64,000 nt of DNA, taken from NCBI GenBank assembly GCA_965287045.1, contig OZ336889.1, positions 44,578,001 through 44,642,000 on the forward strand, written 5' to 3'. The first letter of the stretch is position 1; each line of letters begins with the position of its first letter. Below, one piece after another: positions 1-10,974 of this stretch. The translations under genes were made by a program, and so were the position numbers. Origin of the DNA: Carcharhinus amblyrhynchos. Its lineage: Eukaryota. The notes beneath the pieces were generated by a model. The model did no database searches. It saw only the letters and a list, made by a program, of their open reading frames with translations, and was not told the DNA's origin.

Positions 1-78
1 ATAGCTGGGCTCAGAACTTCGGCGATTTTCTGGAGTGTGTGCTGTTATGTGATAGGGTAAAGGGGCATTTCAGTTACG

Positions 79-369
79 AGTGAAACTCATTTCACTGGAA
101 GCTTCCGGTCTGATCTGCTGGGACTGTGCAGAATTTTGAACCATCTGATCCAGCCGGCAGTGCGAGGAGATGATTGAGAATGCGATTGCTAGAAAGATGG
201 AATGTTTCCCTTCGCTTAGCCAGTGTTAGGAGTGGAGTACCCCAGCTGTATGAACACTGCGAGCGGAACTATAATTAGCAAGACGATAAACATTTGAAAA
301 GTGAAAAAACAGGCATGCAAATGAGCTAAATGGGGAAGTTTGTACAAGCTACAATCGGCCACCTAGTGT
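79..369 (+). promoter_or_regulatory. Candidate J-C intronic enhancer motif cluster
   Basis: Inverted IRF-like half-sites agtgaaa/tttcact (79-96), aaagtgaaa (298-306), perfect octamer ATGCAAAT (315-322), GGGGAAGT PU.1/Ets-like (332-339), CTCF-like motif on - strand (358-369). Motif matches only; function inferred. Confidence 0.4.
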
Positions 370-1029
370 GGTCTATAATTCCATGATTGTATGAAGGGAC
401 ACAGTGGTTCAGGTTCTTTCATACTCTGCCCCTGTAGTCTGGTTTAAAGGGTTAGAATTGCATTCAAAGCGTTTACATCAGGCTGTTTCATTCCATTTAA
501 AGCAAGATTGCATTATGTTTGCGGAATTATAGTGTGGTGACTGGGTGCGACTCACTCCCACTGGTCCCCAAACTCACTGAAAACCGTTCAGTACAAGATT
601 CTCAGCCAAATATTTTGCATTAATCCCGGGTGTGCAAAATAACCATATTGTTGCCGGAATTCCGCCAGTCATAATCGACCCTGATTGTTACTGGATCACA
701 TAGTAACAAACATCAATGATGTGCGGAATATTTGATTTCTTCGGAAATTACGGTTCATTTTCTTCCCATCCAATCAGTTGTTTTGGAATGTCTCGGAATA
801 CGGTTGTCAGGTTTTTGAGTATTGTTGTGGACTCGTTCAGATTGTTGTTGGTTCTGTGACTGTCAGTTAGTAGTAATAGAACAAAAGATGGAGATTACTG
901 CCAATATTGATTCATGAGATGTGATCAGAAAGGTAACATTCATTTCACCACCCCCATCTCCCACGCCTATCATCCACGGATACAGTGACGGTGAGCCGCA
1001 TTATCAAACCGATGTCGTCCATGTGTCAT

Positions 1030-1260
1030 AGGTACACCGCAGAGCTGTTAGGAAGGGAGTTAAGAGGTTTTGGCCAGGCGACAGTGAAGGAAAGGCGGTA
1101 CAGTTCTACTTTGGTATGCTGTGTGGCTTGTTGGGGGTTTGCCACCTGGTGTTGTAGCCGTGCATCTGGTGCCCGTGTGTTCGTCCAGTGGAAGACATGG
1201 CTGGTTTGGAAGCTGTTGTCGGAGTTCCGGCAGTGTACCTTATAGATATCCACACTGCAG
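1030..1260 (-). mobile_element. Decayed LINE 3' fragment in J-C intron
   Basis: Resembles by eye the 3' part of the LINE remnant at ~11080-11230; repeated in each unit. Boundaries approximate. Confidence 0.4.
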
Positions 1261-1439
1261 CTCCTGTACGTCAATGAGGGAGAAAAGCAATATAATATAT
1301 TCGCAAAATCATAGAATGGTATATCTTTGGAAAATTGTTGCAGTCTAGTTGGCCAATCGTGTCTGCACTGGTTCACAAGGAACAATCTAACATTTATTCA
1401 TTAGCCTTTAAATTACACACTCTATGTTCGTTTAAGTGT

Positions 1440-2400
1440 CCATTAATTTGCCAATAACAGCCTCTCCGGCAGTAGGTTCCACATCCTCTAAACCCTCTGC
1501 GTGAAACGATTCCCTTCCAATCTCCGCGAAACCTTCTACTTCTAACGGCAAATCCAAGTCCTGTTCTTATCGACCCCTCAACCATTGGCAATACTGTTTT
1601 CCGATCCATTCTGCCCAGACACCTCAGAATATTATGCCTTCAATTGGGTTTATTTTCAGCCTCGTCTGTTCCGAAGAAAAGGGACAATTCAATACTTACT
1701 TATAACTAAATATTCCATTCCAGCCGACATCCCTCTAGATCTTCCTGTACTCGTTCTCGTACAATTACATTTTTCCTATGCATCTTTCCAGCAGTTTCAG
1801 CATAACCTCAAAGTTCTAACAATCTCTACCTCAGCTTATAAATGTAAATGCCTCCTATGCCTTCTTTGCTACTATATCCAGTTGCTCAGCCGCCTTCAGA
1901 ATCTGTGGACCTGCGTTTTCTGTTCACTAATTTTCTCTACATTTCTCGGCATTTTCCCATCTGTACAGTGTACTCGCTTGTCTTGTTGGTTTTCCTGAAG
2001 TGCAGTTCCTCACACTTTTCGGCAATTAATTCCATTTGTCGCCGGTGCACTAATCTAACTAGTCCATTGTCTTCCTGCATTATCCAGCTTTCTTGTTCGC
2101 AACCACACTGCCAAATTTGTATCATCGAACAACAATCATACAGGCACTCATTGATATACGGACCCTTTGTTCCCTGCCACTGAGCCAATTTCGGATCCAA
2201 CCTGTTCATCCTATGTGTGAACTTAACAAGGGCCTTGTTAAAATCCACGTAGACTATGCGAAAAATATTGCCGTCATTCACCGCTTCATACTACCTGCGC
2301 AAAAATACCAATTAACGCTTTGGGGTGAGATTTACCGGCAGCAAAGGGGTGATCGCTATATTTGATTATGCCGCGTTTATTCCATTAGTTCTCCCTTCAG
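1440..2400 (-). mobile_element. Decayed CR1-type LINE RT/3' fragment in J-C intron (copies ~18950-19900, ~37810-38780, ~63000-63960)
   Basis: ORF 1937-2281(-) has VYVDFNKAL and QMELIAEKCEELHFRKTN, degenerate forms of VFLDFQKAF and QMEFNVGKCEVVHFGRKN in the intact CR1 RT at 23865-25072. Confidence 0.75.
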
Positions 2401-3202
2401 TGAGGTTAAGTTCACTGGCCTATAATTATGCCACCCCTCTTTCGCCCTTTGACAATTTCATCTCTCTTCCTGCCTCCGAGAGTCAAACCTGCTCCGGGCC
2501 CGATTGGAAAACTGTGGTCAGGGTCTCTTCCCTTCTCAATCTTACTTTCCCTTTTTTATTACTTGCTTCTTCAAGTCATTTGTTTACTGGGCGATACTAC
2601 GGTGAAATGGACCAGCATGAGGCAAAAAGGGAAAAAATGCTTTTGAATATTTGAGTTGTTACTTTAAGAAATCAGATCTGGTGAAGATGCCGGTGTAAAA
2701 ATAATTCACTTAAGTCCACTAAATAGAAGTCGATCTTCACACTTGCTCATCGGTGCAAACATTTGAGATGATCCAGCGAAACTCTCGCGGGCGCAGGAAG
2801 AAGATACCAGTTTTGAAATAAGTGGTTGCGGCATTTGTCTGCCGACTCAGTTTCAACATCCAAATTACATTCCAACAAAAATATAAGACCAATTTCTAGA
2901 TCCAAAGACAATCGATTTTTTACCGACAGCGACAAAACCCATATTGCTGTTGGAGCCGACATAACACCTCAATGTCAGGGCGAATTGTAAAAGGTTAGCC
3001 TGATACTTTTAGTTTGAAATGGATATTTATTTCTGAACCCTTTCTTCGAAGCCTCACAATATATTAACGTATTTACTGAGCGTTTCCCCATTGACTGTGA
3101 TAGATGGTAACTTAAGCGGTAAATGGTCACTTAAAGAGACAAGATTCTGACACAACGCCCTTTCAGCTTTGCGAATATCGACTAAAGTCAAAGGAACGAA
3201 AA

Positions 3203-3380
3203 TGCAAACCTGCATTGACTTAGCGCCGACCGCGGCCTCAGAACATCCTCACAATTAAGTGTGAAGTAGAATCATTCTTCCAATGTCAGAATCATGGTTC
3301 CCTACTTAAGCACATAAAGATCTCACAGTCCATCTGCTTTGACGACAAGGTGTGAGAGATAAATAATTATGAGGACATGT
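3203..3380 (-). mobile_element. Possible old Deu-domain (SacSINE1/AmnSINE-like) SINE fragment
   Basis: Degenerate similarity, from memory, to the 3' region of this SINE family (caaacctgcattgacttagcgcc...ctcagaacatcc...gaagtagaatcatt...gcacataaagatctcaca). Not verified. Confidence 0.3.
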
Positions 3381-4168
3381 TTGGTTTATTACTGGCCTTT
3401 TGAGGGTGTCATTAAGTTATGTTGTTATGTATTAGAATTGTTTACAATATTTATTAGAAACTCTTCCTCTCAGCTGCAACAAATCGTTTGTGACACTCCA
3501 CTCCGAAAAAAATGTCTCCAAATATTTCCATTGCGACAGGGAGATATTTGTTAAGATTTACGCAACACCGTCACTGTTGGTCTGGGCGAGACACGGGGTG
3601 AAGCCGTGACAAAGAATGTTCACAAACTCAAATATCAGTCCAGTATGTAGGACTTGCGTCAGAGAAGGAAACGGTGACAGAAGCAAACAATCGATTTCAT
3701 TGTTTAGAATCGAGGTTTTGGAGTTGCAAACTACAGAAATGTAGCCGTCAGCATAGGTTCCAATATTGACCCCGAATTCTGAGTGATTAGTGTTATTCTG
3801 AAATACTCGGTGTTCGCGACATTGGCTCGGGCTGCGTTGCCTCAGATCACAAGTGGGTGCATTGAATCTCCCTTCCTATTTTTCTCTTTAATATTTCAAA
3901 CTCCACTATTTCCTTTAGATCGGATTTTATTTGTATGTTCCTGTCCTTTCAGGGAAAAAAGAAAAACCTTCTCAGGTTGTATATGTTCCAGAAACCGGAG
4001 TCCCGGCCTTTTTGCATTTGGCATCAATAAGACTCCAATGTATAAAATCTATACATTCTTGTAGAATAATACCGACTTAAAAAAAAACAATTTGAAGAAG
4101 GTGGAACAATGATTCAGTCATTTATGCTAATTTTTAATGGATGTGCGATCCTTGTCTCTACTTTCCAG

Positions 4169-4491
4169 GTCCACGGAGCCCCACTGTGTCTCTCCTTCCG
4201 CCTTCGTCGGATCAAATCACAGCGAAGAACATGGCGACCCTGGTGTGTTTGGTGAGCGGTTTCAACCCGGGAGCTGCGGAGATTGAATGGACTGTCGATG
4301 GCAGCGTCAGAGGGAATGGGGTTGAGACCAGTCGGATCCAGCAGGAGGCGGACAACACGTTCAGTGTGAGCAGTTATCTGACTCTGTCAGCCTCAGACTG
4401 GAACTCACACGAGCTTTACTCCTGTGTGGTTAAACACGAGACTCAAGCAAACCCGCTTCAAACAAGCATCTCCAGATCCAGCTGTATGTGA
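4169..4491 (+). CDS. IGLC: Ig light-chain constant exon C1 (lambda-like/type II); its VJ exon lies upstream of the window
   Basis: Acceptor ctttccag|GT at 4168/4169; PRSPTVSLLPPSSDQITAKNMATLVCLVSGFNPG...W...YSCVVKHETQ...SSCM*: C1-set Cys/Trp/Cys and penultimate Cys for the H-L disulfide. Confidence 0.96.
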
Positions 4492-4685
4492 TACATGCAT
4501 CTAAAGCGTTTTTGTGTTTTGCCGTTAGTAAAGTTTTATTTCTAAATGAATTCGGCAAATAGTGGAACATTTCAAACAGTTCATCACAGTTTGTAGCAGA
4601 TCGGCTGATTCCCTTAATTTCAATTTAACTGTGTTCACTCTGAATGGATCAAAGCTTCAGTGTAATGTCATTGACACCGCTGTGT

Positions 4686-4691
4686 AATAAA
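4686..4691 (+). terminator. Polyadenylation signal of C1
   Basis: AATAAA ~195 nt after the stop codon, followed by T/GT-rich sequence; conserved in all three C copies. Confidence 0.7.
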
Positions 4692-5369
4692 ATCATTTTA
4701 CCGTTATCGCGACTAATGTTCTGTTATTCTCTCTCTTGCCCTGAAAAACAATTAATGGTAACATTCTAAAGGGAATTAAATAGTTAGATTATATCATTGT
4801 GATATTCTGCACATTTTATTTAAAGTCAGTGACATCCAGGCGCAACATGGAGACGATGGATGACATTAAATTGAAGTAATATTGCAATATTTTTTAATGG
4901 ACTGAGTTACATTCTGGTATTGTGATGAAAGGGCTGAACTGCGAGTACAGATTACAAATATACATCAAAGGGCCGACAGTTCTTAACCTCCTGGTTCCAA
5001 AATTTCAGGACAAACTCTGTCACTGCCCCATTTTTTAATACACCAGATGCAATGCAAGTTCTGGAACAGCTGGCCACTTTTTAGTAAGTTCACCGATTAT
5101 TTTAATTGGCCTATAATGATTATACTGAAGCAGGCGCTTTACTAACAAGTCACCCAAATGCATTTTCAGTGACTCAAACCAGTTCAGGACCAAGTCTTTC
5201 TTTTTATATAATTCCTCTTCACACGAATAACAAAGTCGATAGGTCACCCCTTTGATACGTCGTTGTTTTATTTCTTCAGTTAGATTTGGGCTTGCAAGAC
5301 ATAAATTGTTAAAAGTAGCAAGAAGTTGCGCAGTTGGTAAAAAGTGCAAAAAAAGGTGCTGGTACACTT

Positions 5370-5650
5370 ACAGAAGGGCAAAATAAAACATTCGGGGATT
5401 TATTAGACTTTTATAGAATTGTACTCATCTATGGTCTACATACTTCAAAAATGATCTTGTGGGATATGAGAAAGTGGAGGAACTATTTGCCAGATTTTTA
5501 CTAGAATTGGGGCTATGTACGTATCAGGGAAATGAATATGTTGAGCTGTTTTCGCTGAGGAGAGGATGCGGAGGTGTAATAGGCGGCTTTAATGTTAGGA
5601 AAAGTTGTGATACGGCAACACAGAGAAAGATTTCCAAGTGTGAGTTAGTC
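5370..5650 (+). mobile_element. Highly decayed CR1 3' ORF2 fragment
   Basis: YEKVEELFARFLLELGLCTYQGNEYVELFSLRR resembles LEGVQRRFTRLIPELRGLSYEERLNKLGLYSLEFRR of the young CR1. Confidence 0.55.
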
Positions 5651-5804
5651 TGAAACATTGAGACATAAAAGAGACGCGGCGACAGAACGAATGAATAATT
5701 TATTTGAATGTATAGGTCGGGAATTTGCTGTGGGCCGGAGAAAGTACAAGTATTTGTTCTCTGATTGGCTGAATAAGACAATATAGATTCCTGAGGATCA
5801 TTTA

Positions 5805-5988
5805 TCACATCACGGAAACCCTACAGCACAGAAAGAGGCCATTCCGCCCATCGAGTTTGCACCAACCGCAATCCCACCCAGGCCCTACCCCTATATCCCT
5901 ACATATTTTACCCCCTAGTCTGTCTAACCTACCCATCCCAGGACACAGAGAGGCTATTTTAAACATGGCCAACGGAACTAACCCGCAT
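5805..5988 (-). mobile_element. SINE 3' portion (V-SINE/HE1-like with LINE-derived tail)
   Basis: Reverse strand reads gcgggttagttccgttggccatgtttaaaatagcc (V-SINE core-like); LINE-type tail reads gaggccattccgcccatcgag on the + strand. Family assignment from memory. Confidence 0.5.
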
Positions 5989-6560
5989 TGGGTTTAAAAA
6001 TGGGCAAGTCACGTTGCGGCTTTATAGAACGTTAGTTAGGCCACACTTGAAATAGCCTGTTCAATTCTGGTCGCCACACTACCAGAAGGACATGGAGGAT
6101 TTGGAGAGGGTACAAAAAATTTCCCGGAACGTTGCCTGGGATGGAGCGCATGAGCTTTGAGGAGAGCTTGGAGAAACTTGGTTTGTTCTCACTGGAAAGA
6201 CGGAGGTTGAGGGATGACCTGATAGAAGAGTACGAGGGGCATGGACTGCGCGGATCATCAGATGCCTTTTCCCAGGGTGGAAGAGTCAATTACTAGGGGA
6301 CACATGTTTAAGATTCGACGAGCAAGGATTAAAGGAGATGTACGAGGCTGAATTTTCACACAGACGGTGATGGGTGCCTGGAACTCGTTGTTCCGGGAGG
6401 TAGGGGAAGCAGATACGATAGTAACTTTTACGAAGCGTCTTGTCAAACACATTGATAGAACGGGATGGGAGGGATATGGTCCCTGGAGGGTAGGGGGTTT
6501 TAGATCAGTCGAGTAGCATGGTCGGTGCAGGCTTGGAGGGCCGAACGACTGTTCCTATGA
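5989..6560 (+). mobile_element. Old 5'-truncated CR1 LINE 3' end (copies 23490-25365 interrupted, ~42240-42810)
   Basis: Frameshifted GFKNGQVTLRLYRTLVRPHLK..VQFWSPHYQKDMEDLERVQK..LEKLGLFSLERRRLRDDLIE..ITRGH..FTQTVMGAWNSL, homologous to the C-terminus of ORF 23865-25094. Confidence 0.85.
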
Positions 6561-7149
6561 GACAATTTTGTTTGTTTTTTGCTCTAATAATAGAATCCAG
6601 AAAAAATAGGGAATACACTTATCATCGAGGGAAGTTATTTCGGAGTGAAATGAAGAAACACTGCTTCGCATGCATCATAGTTGACTCGGATGTTTTTCTC
6701 ATATATCCCCTCATTTCGGTCATAACTCATTTTATTCATTAGACCCATGTAGACCATGTTTCCACCAAATTACTGACCATCGAACTTTGTTTTTTTTTGC
6801 TCCCACTTTCTTTGCTGTCACTAACTGCCATCCCTCCTCAGATATTGTTCTTACTTTCACACCGATTACAATCAAACTTCTCCTTGAAACGAGACTTGTT
6901 CCTCTTTCCCTGTAAGCTACTACCGATGTTCAGTTAACATTTCCTCTCTAAACTACTTGAAGATATTACCGACCCCAAATCCATAATATTGTTCCAACAA
7001 TTCCAGCATTGAATCCCCACAATCGCGTTTCTGCTTCTGCCACAATACTGATATGTCCCTTATCAAAGTTACATTCTATTCAACTGTAACGATAGCAAAC
7101 TATTTCTGGATTTTTTTTTTCAGTTTTAAAGGTTTAGTTTGCAGTTTCT

Positions 7150-7437
7150 TCATCATTGCCACAAATAGACTTACAGCTATCGGTTGTAATCCAAACTGCA
7201 ATTACTGTAATGAAGTTACTGTGAAAACTTCCGAGTCGCCACACCCCGGCACCTGGACGGGTACAATGAGAGAGAATTTAGCATCGCCAAAGCACCTAAT
7301 CAGCCCATCTTTCGGACTGTGGGAGGCAACGGAGCACCCACACAGATATGGGAAGAACGTGCAGACTGTGACGCAAGCCGGGCATTGAAACCAGGTTCTT
7401 GGCGCTGTGAGGCAGAAGTTCTAACCGCCAAGACGCC
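7150..7437 (-). mobile_element. tRNA-derived SINE (HE1-like), decayed
   Basis: Reverse strand ggcggttagaacttctgcctcacagcgccaagaacctggtttcaatgcccggc: tRNA-like head with A/B-box remnants, then ctgcacgttcttccc V-SINE core. Confidence 0.65.
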
Positions 7438-7534
7438 CTACTGCTTATTCTTTTTGTATTGGCGTCGGTCTTTGACACGATTCCACACACGATCCAACAA
7501 TTCTCCATCGTTAATCAGTTGCTTGGACCTCTGC

Positions 7535-7800
7535 TCATGATCTGGTTCCATTATTATTTATCAGATAATATCCACAGATTGTCTAGAATAGCTTCTCTTC
7601 CTGCTCCCATGCCAGCAACTCAACAATATGTCCCTGGCCCCATTCGTTTTCCCATCCACATGCTCCCCCTTGTCGGCGTCATCTGAAAGCACAACAGACT
7701 TTTTATGCACTCTGAAAGCACGTAGCTCTATCTCACCATCGCCTCACTGAACATTTCTATTGTGATGATCAGAATTCTCCTCCAACTATTGGGAAGAATA
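7535..7800 (+). mobile_element. Decayed L2/CR1-clade RT fragment
   Basis: WFHYYLSD...QQYVPGPIRFPIHMLPLVGVI resembles WFxSYLSxR...PQGSxLGPLLFxIYMLPLGxII. Confidence 0.55.
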
Positions 7801-8169
7801 AATTCGTTGCGCGGCGAGGGCCCCTTTGAGCCTATTGAGCCTCTTAAGTGACCCATTATGAATCAGTCAAGTGCTTCATCCTGTCCGCACTGCAGTTATT
7901 GAAAGAGATATCCAAGTAATCGCGCTCCAGAGCTCGATTAGCATTTCATGCAGGCATCGGTTTCATTCATCTATCCGATCTTCATCCTGAAGTTAGAATT
8001 GGATCGGTTTCCTGTGCTCTTCCAGTGAAATTCAGATCAACAAAACTCATTGCATATATTTTCATCCGGCACCTTTGGAGACGCAATTTTCACTCTGTTT
8101 CTGTCTCCACAGGTGCTTCCAGGCCAGCTGATTTGTTTCCCGAATATTCTGGGGTTTTTTAGCTACTTC

Positions 8170-8310
8170 TTGCCATTGGCACTTTGGCACAGTGCTTTCC
8201 ATTGCGAATTCTCCCTTAGTGTACCCAAACAGGTGCCGGAGTGTAGCGACTTGGGGATTTGACAATAATTTTATTGCGGTGTTAATGTACGCCTACTCGT
8301 GCCACTAACA
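8170..8310 (+). mobile_element. SINE 3' end, inverted relative to the 7150-7437 copy
   Basis: caggtgccggagtgtagcgact (8230-8251) is a degenerate reverse complement of agtcgccacaccccggcacctg (~7234-7255). Confidence 0.5.
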
Positions 8311-8349
8311 CATCAATTTCAAACTGTAAAGTTAAACGATAAAAAAAAC

Positions 8350-9140
8350 TTCAAAGATTGGGCTTGAGTCTGGGGAATTTGTGGCGAACAAAAAGATTGC
8401 AGATGTAGAGAACAGACATTTTGCTTTAGTTTTCATTATAGAGGATACAAGTTGTCCCGTAGAACTAGCTGTAGAGCAGGAAATTAGAATGACATTAAAA
8501 ACGTTGTTGAAGATGTCAGTTGCTAAGTCCTCAGATCCTGATGGCTTTCACCGAAGGTCTTAGAAGAAGTGACAAATGAGACAATTGATAGGCTGGTAGT
8601 AATGTTGCAAAATTGCCCAGACTCTGGGAAGTGTTCGTTAGATTGGGAAAAGCGACGGTAGCACCTTAATGCAATAGGAAAGAACGACCTATAACAGGAA
8701 ACAACATATGTTAGCTGAACAACACCAGTTAGCTGAACATGTGACATATAAGGAAAATGTTAGCAGCGGTTATTAAGATTTGATAGCAGGGCACATAAGT
8801 AAAACACGATAATCAGATAGAGCCAACACAGTTTTGTCAAAGGGAAGTCATGTTCAATCAATTTACTGGAGTGATTTGAAGAAGTGACGTGCTGTGGATA
8901 AAGGGGAGCAGGTGGATGTACTGTGTTTTCCAGTAAGGATTTGATAAGATGTCACAGCAAAGACTATTGCGGAAAATGAGAGTTTATCGTGTGGGAGCAT
9001 GGACAGAAAATTTGCGAGCGAATAGGAAGTAGAGAGTAGGGAAAAGGGTCAATTTTGTGATTCGCACGATGTCTGGAGTGATGTGCTACACTGATCGGTG
9101 CTGTGGCCTCAACTCTTTACAATATATATAAATAATGGTA
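8350..9140 (+). mobile_element. Decayed CR1 ORF2 middle/RT fragment
   Basis: Broken frames with KSSDPDGFHRR, SQHSFVKGKSCSINLLE, VDKGEQVDV and SVLWPQLFTIYIN; many stops. Confidence 0.85.
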
Positions 9141-9465
9141 TGTTTTCAGTATGGTACCAGGTATGTTCTTGCTTTCTACTACGTTTTACATGCGCTCTGA
9201 TATTCGCCTTTCTTCCCCCAAACTCCTTCACTCCTGGCCTCTAATTCTCATCTGTAAATACCTCCGTAAATGAAAACAAATTTTGCGCCACTGCCGCTTT
9301 GGCCTTACTTCACTGCTGCTTTTGGAACGAGTTCAGGTGAACGGGCTTTTCTGTAACACGTAAACCAATCTGGTCAGGAGGTTCATCATCAATACCACTG
9401 CTAACAGCGTGTCACCAGTATTGCTCGTCATGTATTGTGCACATGTTTCCTAATAGCACAAATGT

Positions 9466-9718
9466 TTTTGATTTGATTTGATTTGATTTCTCACTGTTTT
9501 AGATAATAGTATACAGTGACAAGTATTCTTTCTTACACGTTTTATCGACAAAGCATACCGTTCATAGAGAAGGAAAGGAACGAGTGCAGAATGTAGTGTA
9601 ACAGTCACATCTAGGGTATGGAGAAACATCAACTCAATGCGAGTTAGGTCCACTCAAAAGTCCGAGGGCAGCAGGAAAGAAGGTGTTCTTAATTTGGTTG
9701 GTACGTGTCCTCAGACTT
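9466..9718 (-). mobile_element. LINE 3' end, Rex1/Babar-like, with (TTTGA)n tail on + strand
   Basis: Reverse strand of ~9656-9717 translates SLRTRTNQIKNTFFPAALGL (cf. RTxRLKNSFFPxAIRLLN); short tandem tail at 9466-9489. Confidence 0.55.
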
Positions 9719-10120
9719 CATTTTTTCGCGATGGAGTCACATATGTACTGAGTAAGGATGCCAGATTTCCTGCCGGGAATGATTTTAATGAAGCGAATGT
9801 CTTTTTTCAGCAATTCAGTAGTTTCATGGTTAACATGATAACAACTGATTTTATTCAAGATTTATTGCCAGATACCATGATGGGATTTAGTATCATTGCT
9901 TGTTCCAGGACTCTGCAATACTAATCCGGCAATTAGTCGCCGGTCTTTGGCGTCCGGCACGCTTTACAGTGTTAGTTCCTGCTCCCTTGTTTGAGGCTAG
10001 GCGTGCACCTGTCTTCGAAGCGTTTGAAATGCGTCAGAAACGCACGGATCGGATTTAAGCTTAATTTACTAGAGACTGAACACTGTTTCGCCGAACACAA
10101 CAGTGCGAATAACGCTTCTA

Positions 10121-10424
10121 CAGAAATTGTGTTTCTCTCTTCCCAAGTACTACCAGATCTCCCGAATTTATCTTCAATTTTATGTTGTAATTGTCATTTT
10201 ATTCTTCCTGCTTTCTATTGGACTTTGCACAATTGAAGAAAGAAGTCTAAAAGGAATCCCAACGAACCTTATGCAGAAATTGTGTTTCTCTCTTCAAAAC
10301 TGCTATCAGATCTCACGAATTTATCCTAAATTTTATGTTATAATTGTCATTTCATTCTCCCTGCTTTCTATTGGACTATGCACAATAGATGAAAGAAGTC
10401 GAAACCGAATCCCAATGAACCTGT
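10121..10424 (+). repeat. Diverged 2 x 153 bp tandem duplication (copies from 28921, ~46367, ~53439)
   Basis: cagaaattgtgtttctctcttc...gaatcccaa(c/t)gaacct starts at 10121 and 10274. Confidence 0.9.
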
Positions 10425-10974
10425 GCGTGTTTTGCGGCTGAACCGGCAGATGGCAATATTGCAGTTGATATACCAAGGACCGTGTAATTACATGAAGTGT
10501 ATATGAGGCGAGAAATATCTCAAAATGTCAATTCCTGGCAAAATGCGTGGACAGTTGGAAAATAGGGATTCGGACATGAAAGTCGTCTTCAGAATATTCT
10601 CATTAGGTATTGCCAATTAATTCGGATGTTTCATGAGTTCCCCTTTTTAATGGTGAATGTCCATAATATCAGAAAATCCGAATGATGAGAAGCAGTAAGA
10701 ACCCAGTGCCACTAAACGTGTTACTATCACTTCCTTTCCTGCGTCATTCACTAAAGATAATGCTGCCAGCGCCACATTAATGATCCGAACGTTCAGAAAT
10801 TTGATAGGATAAAATTAGACAAAAAGGCGCGAGCACGTTTCATACCATCACATGAACTGAAACGAAGATCAGGCCGAAGGTCGTGGCTGATGAGGTCGTG
10901 GGGTCCACCCCACATTCGGTCTGCCCCTGTGCTCGTTGGGTCCCTTTTCAATCAGTAATCTACCGAATTCTGCA

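Noticed and set aside
400-406. CACAGTG heptamer in the J-C intron as an RSS
   Set aside because: No nonamer at 12- or 23-bp spacing; reads CACATTG in the B copies.
685-709. 8-bp-stem hairpin ttgttact...agtaacaa
   Set aside because: Short and AT-rich; no RNA-gene or terminator context.
985-2654. Recurring 80-140 aa ORFs in the J-C intron as novel genes
   Set aside because: They recur only because of the duplication, are mostly antisense to LINE remnants, and have stops or frameshifts that vary between copies.
4141-4168. MCDPCLYFPG N-terminus of the C ORF
   Set aside because: It is the intron's polypyrimidine tract and acceptor; the exon starts at 4169.
4878-4891. 14-bp perfect palindrome aatattgcaatatt after the polyA site
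   Set aside because: AT-rich and plausible by chance; no independent support.
7370-7437. tRNA-like sequence on the - strand
   Set aside because: Degenerate head of a tRNA-derived SINE; no intact cloverleaf.
10121-10424. Repeat doublet as a CRISPR-like array or coding repeat
   Set aside because: Two adjacent 153-bp copies with no spacers, in eukaryotic DNA; the overlapping ORFs have no recognisable domain or splice context.
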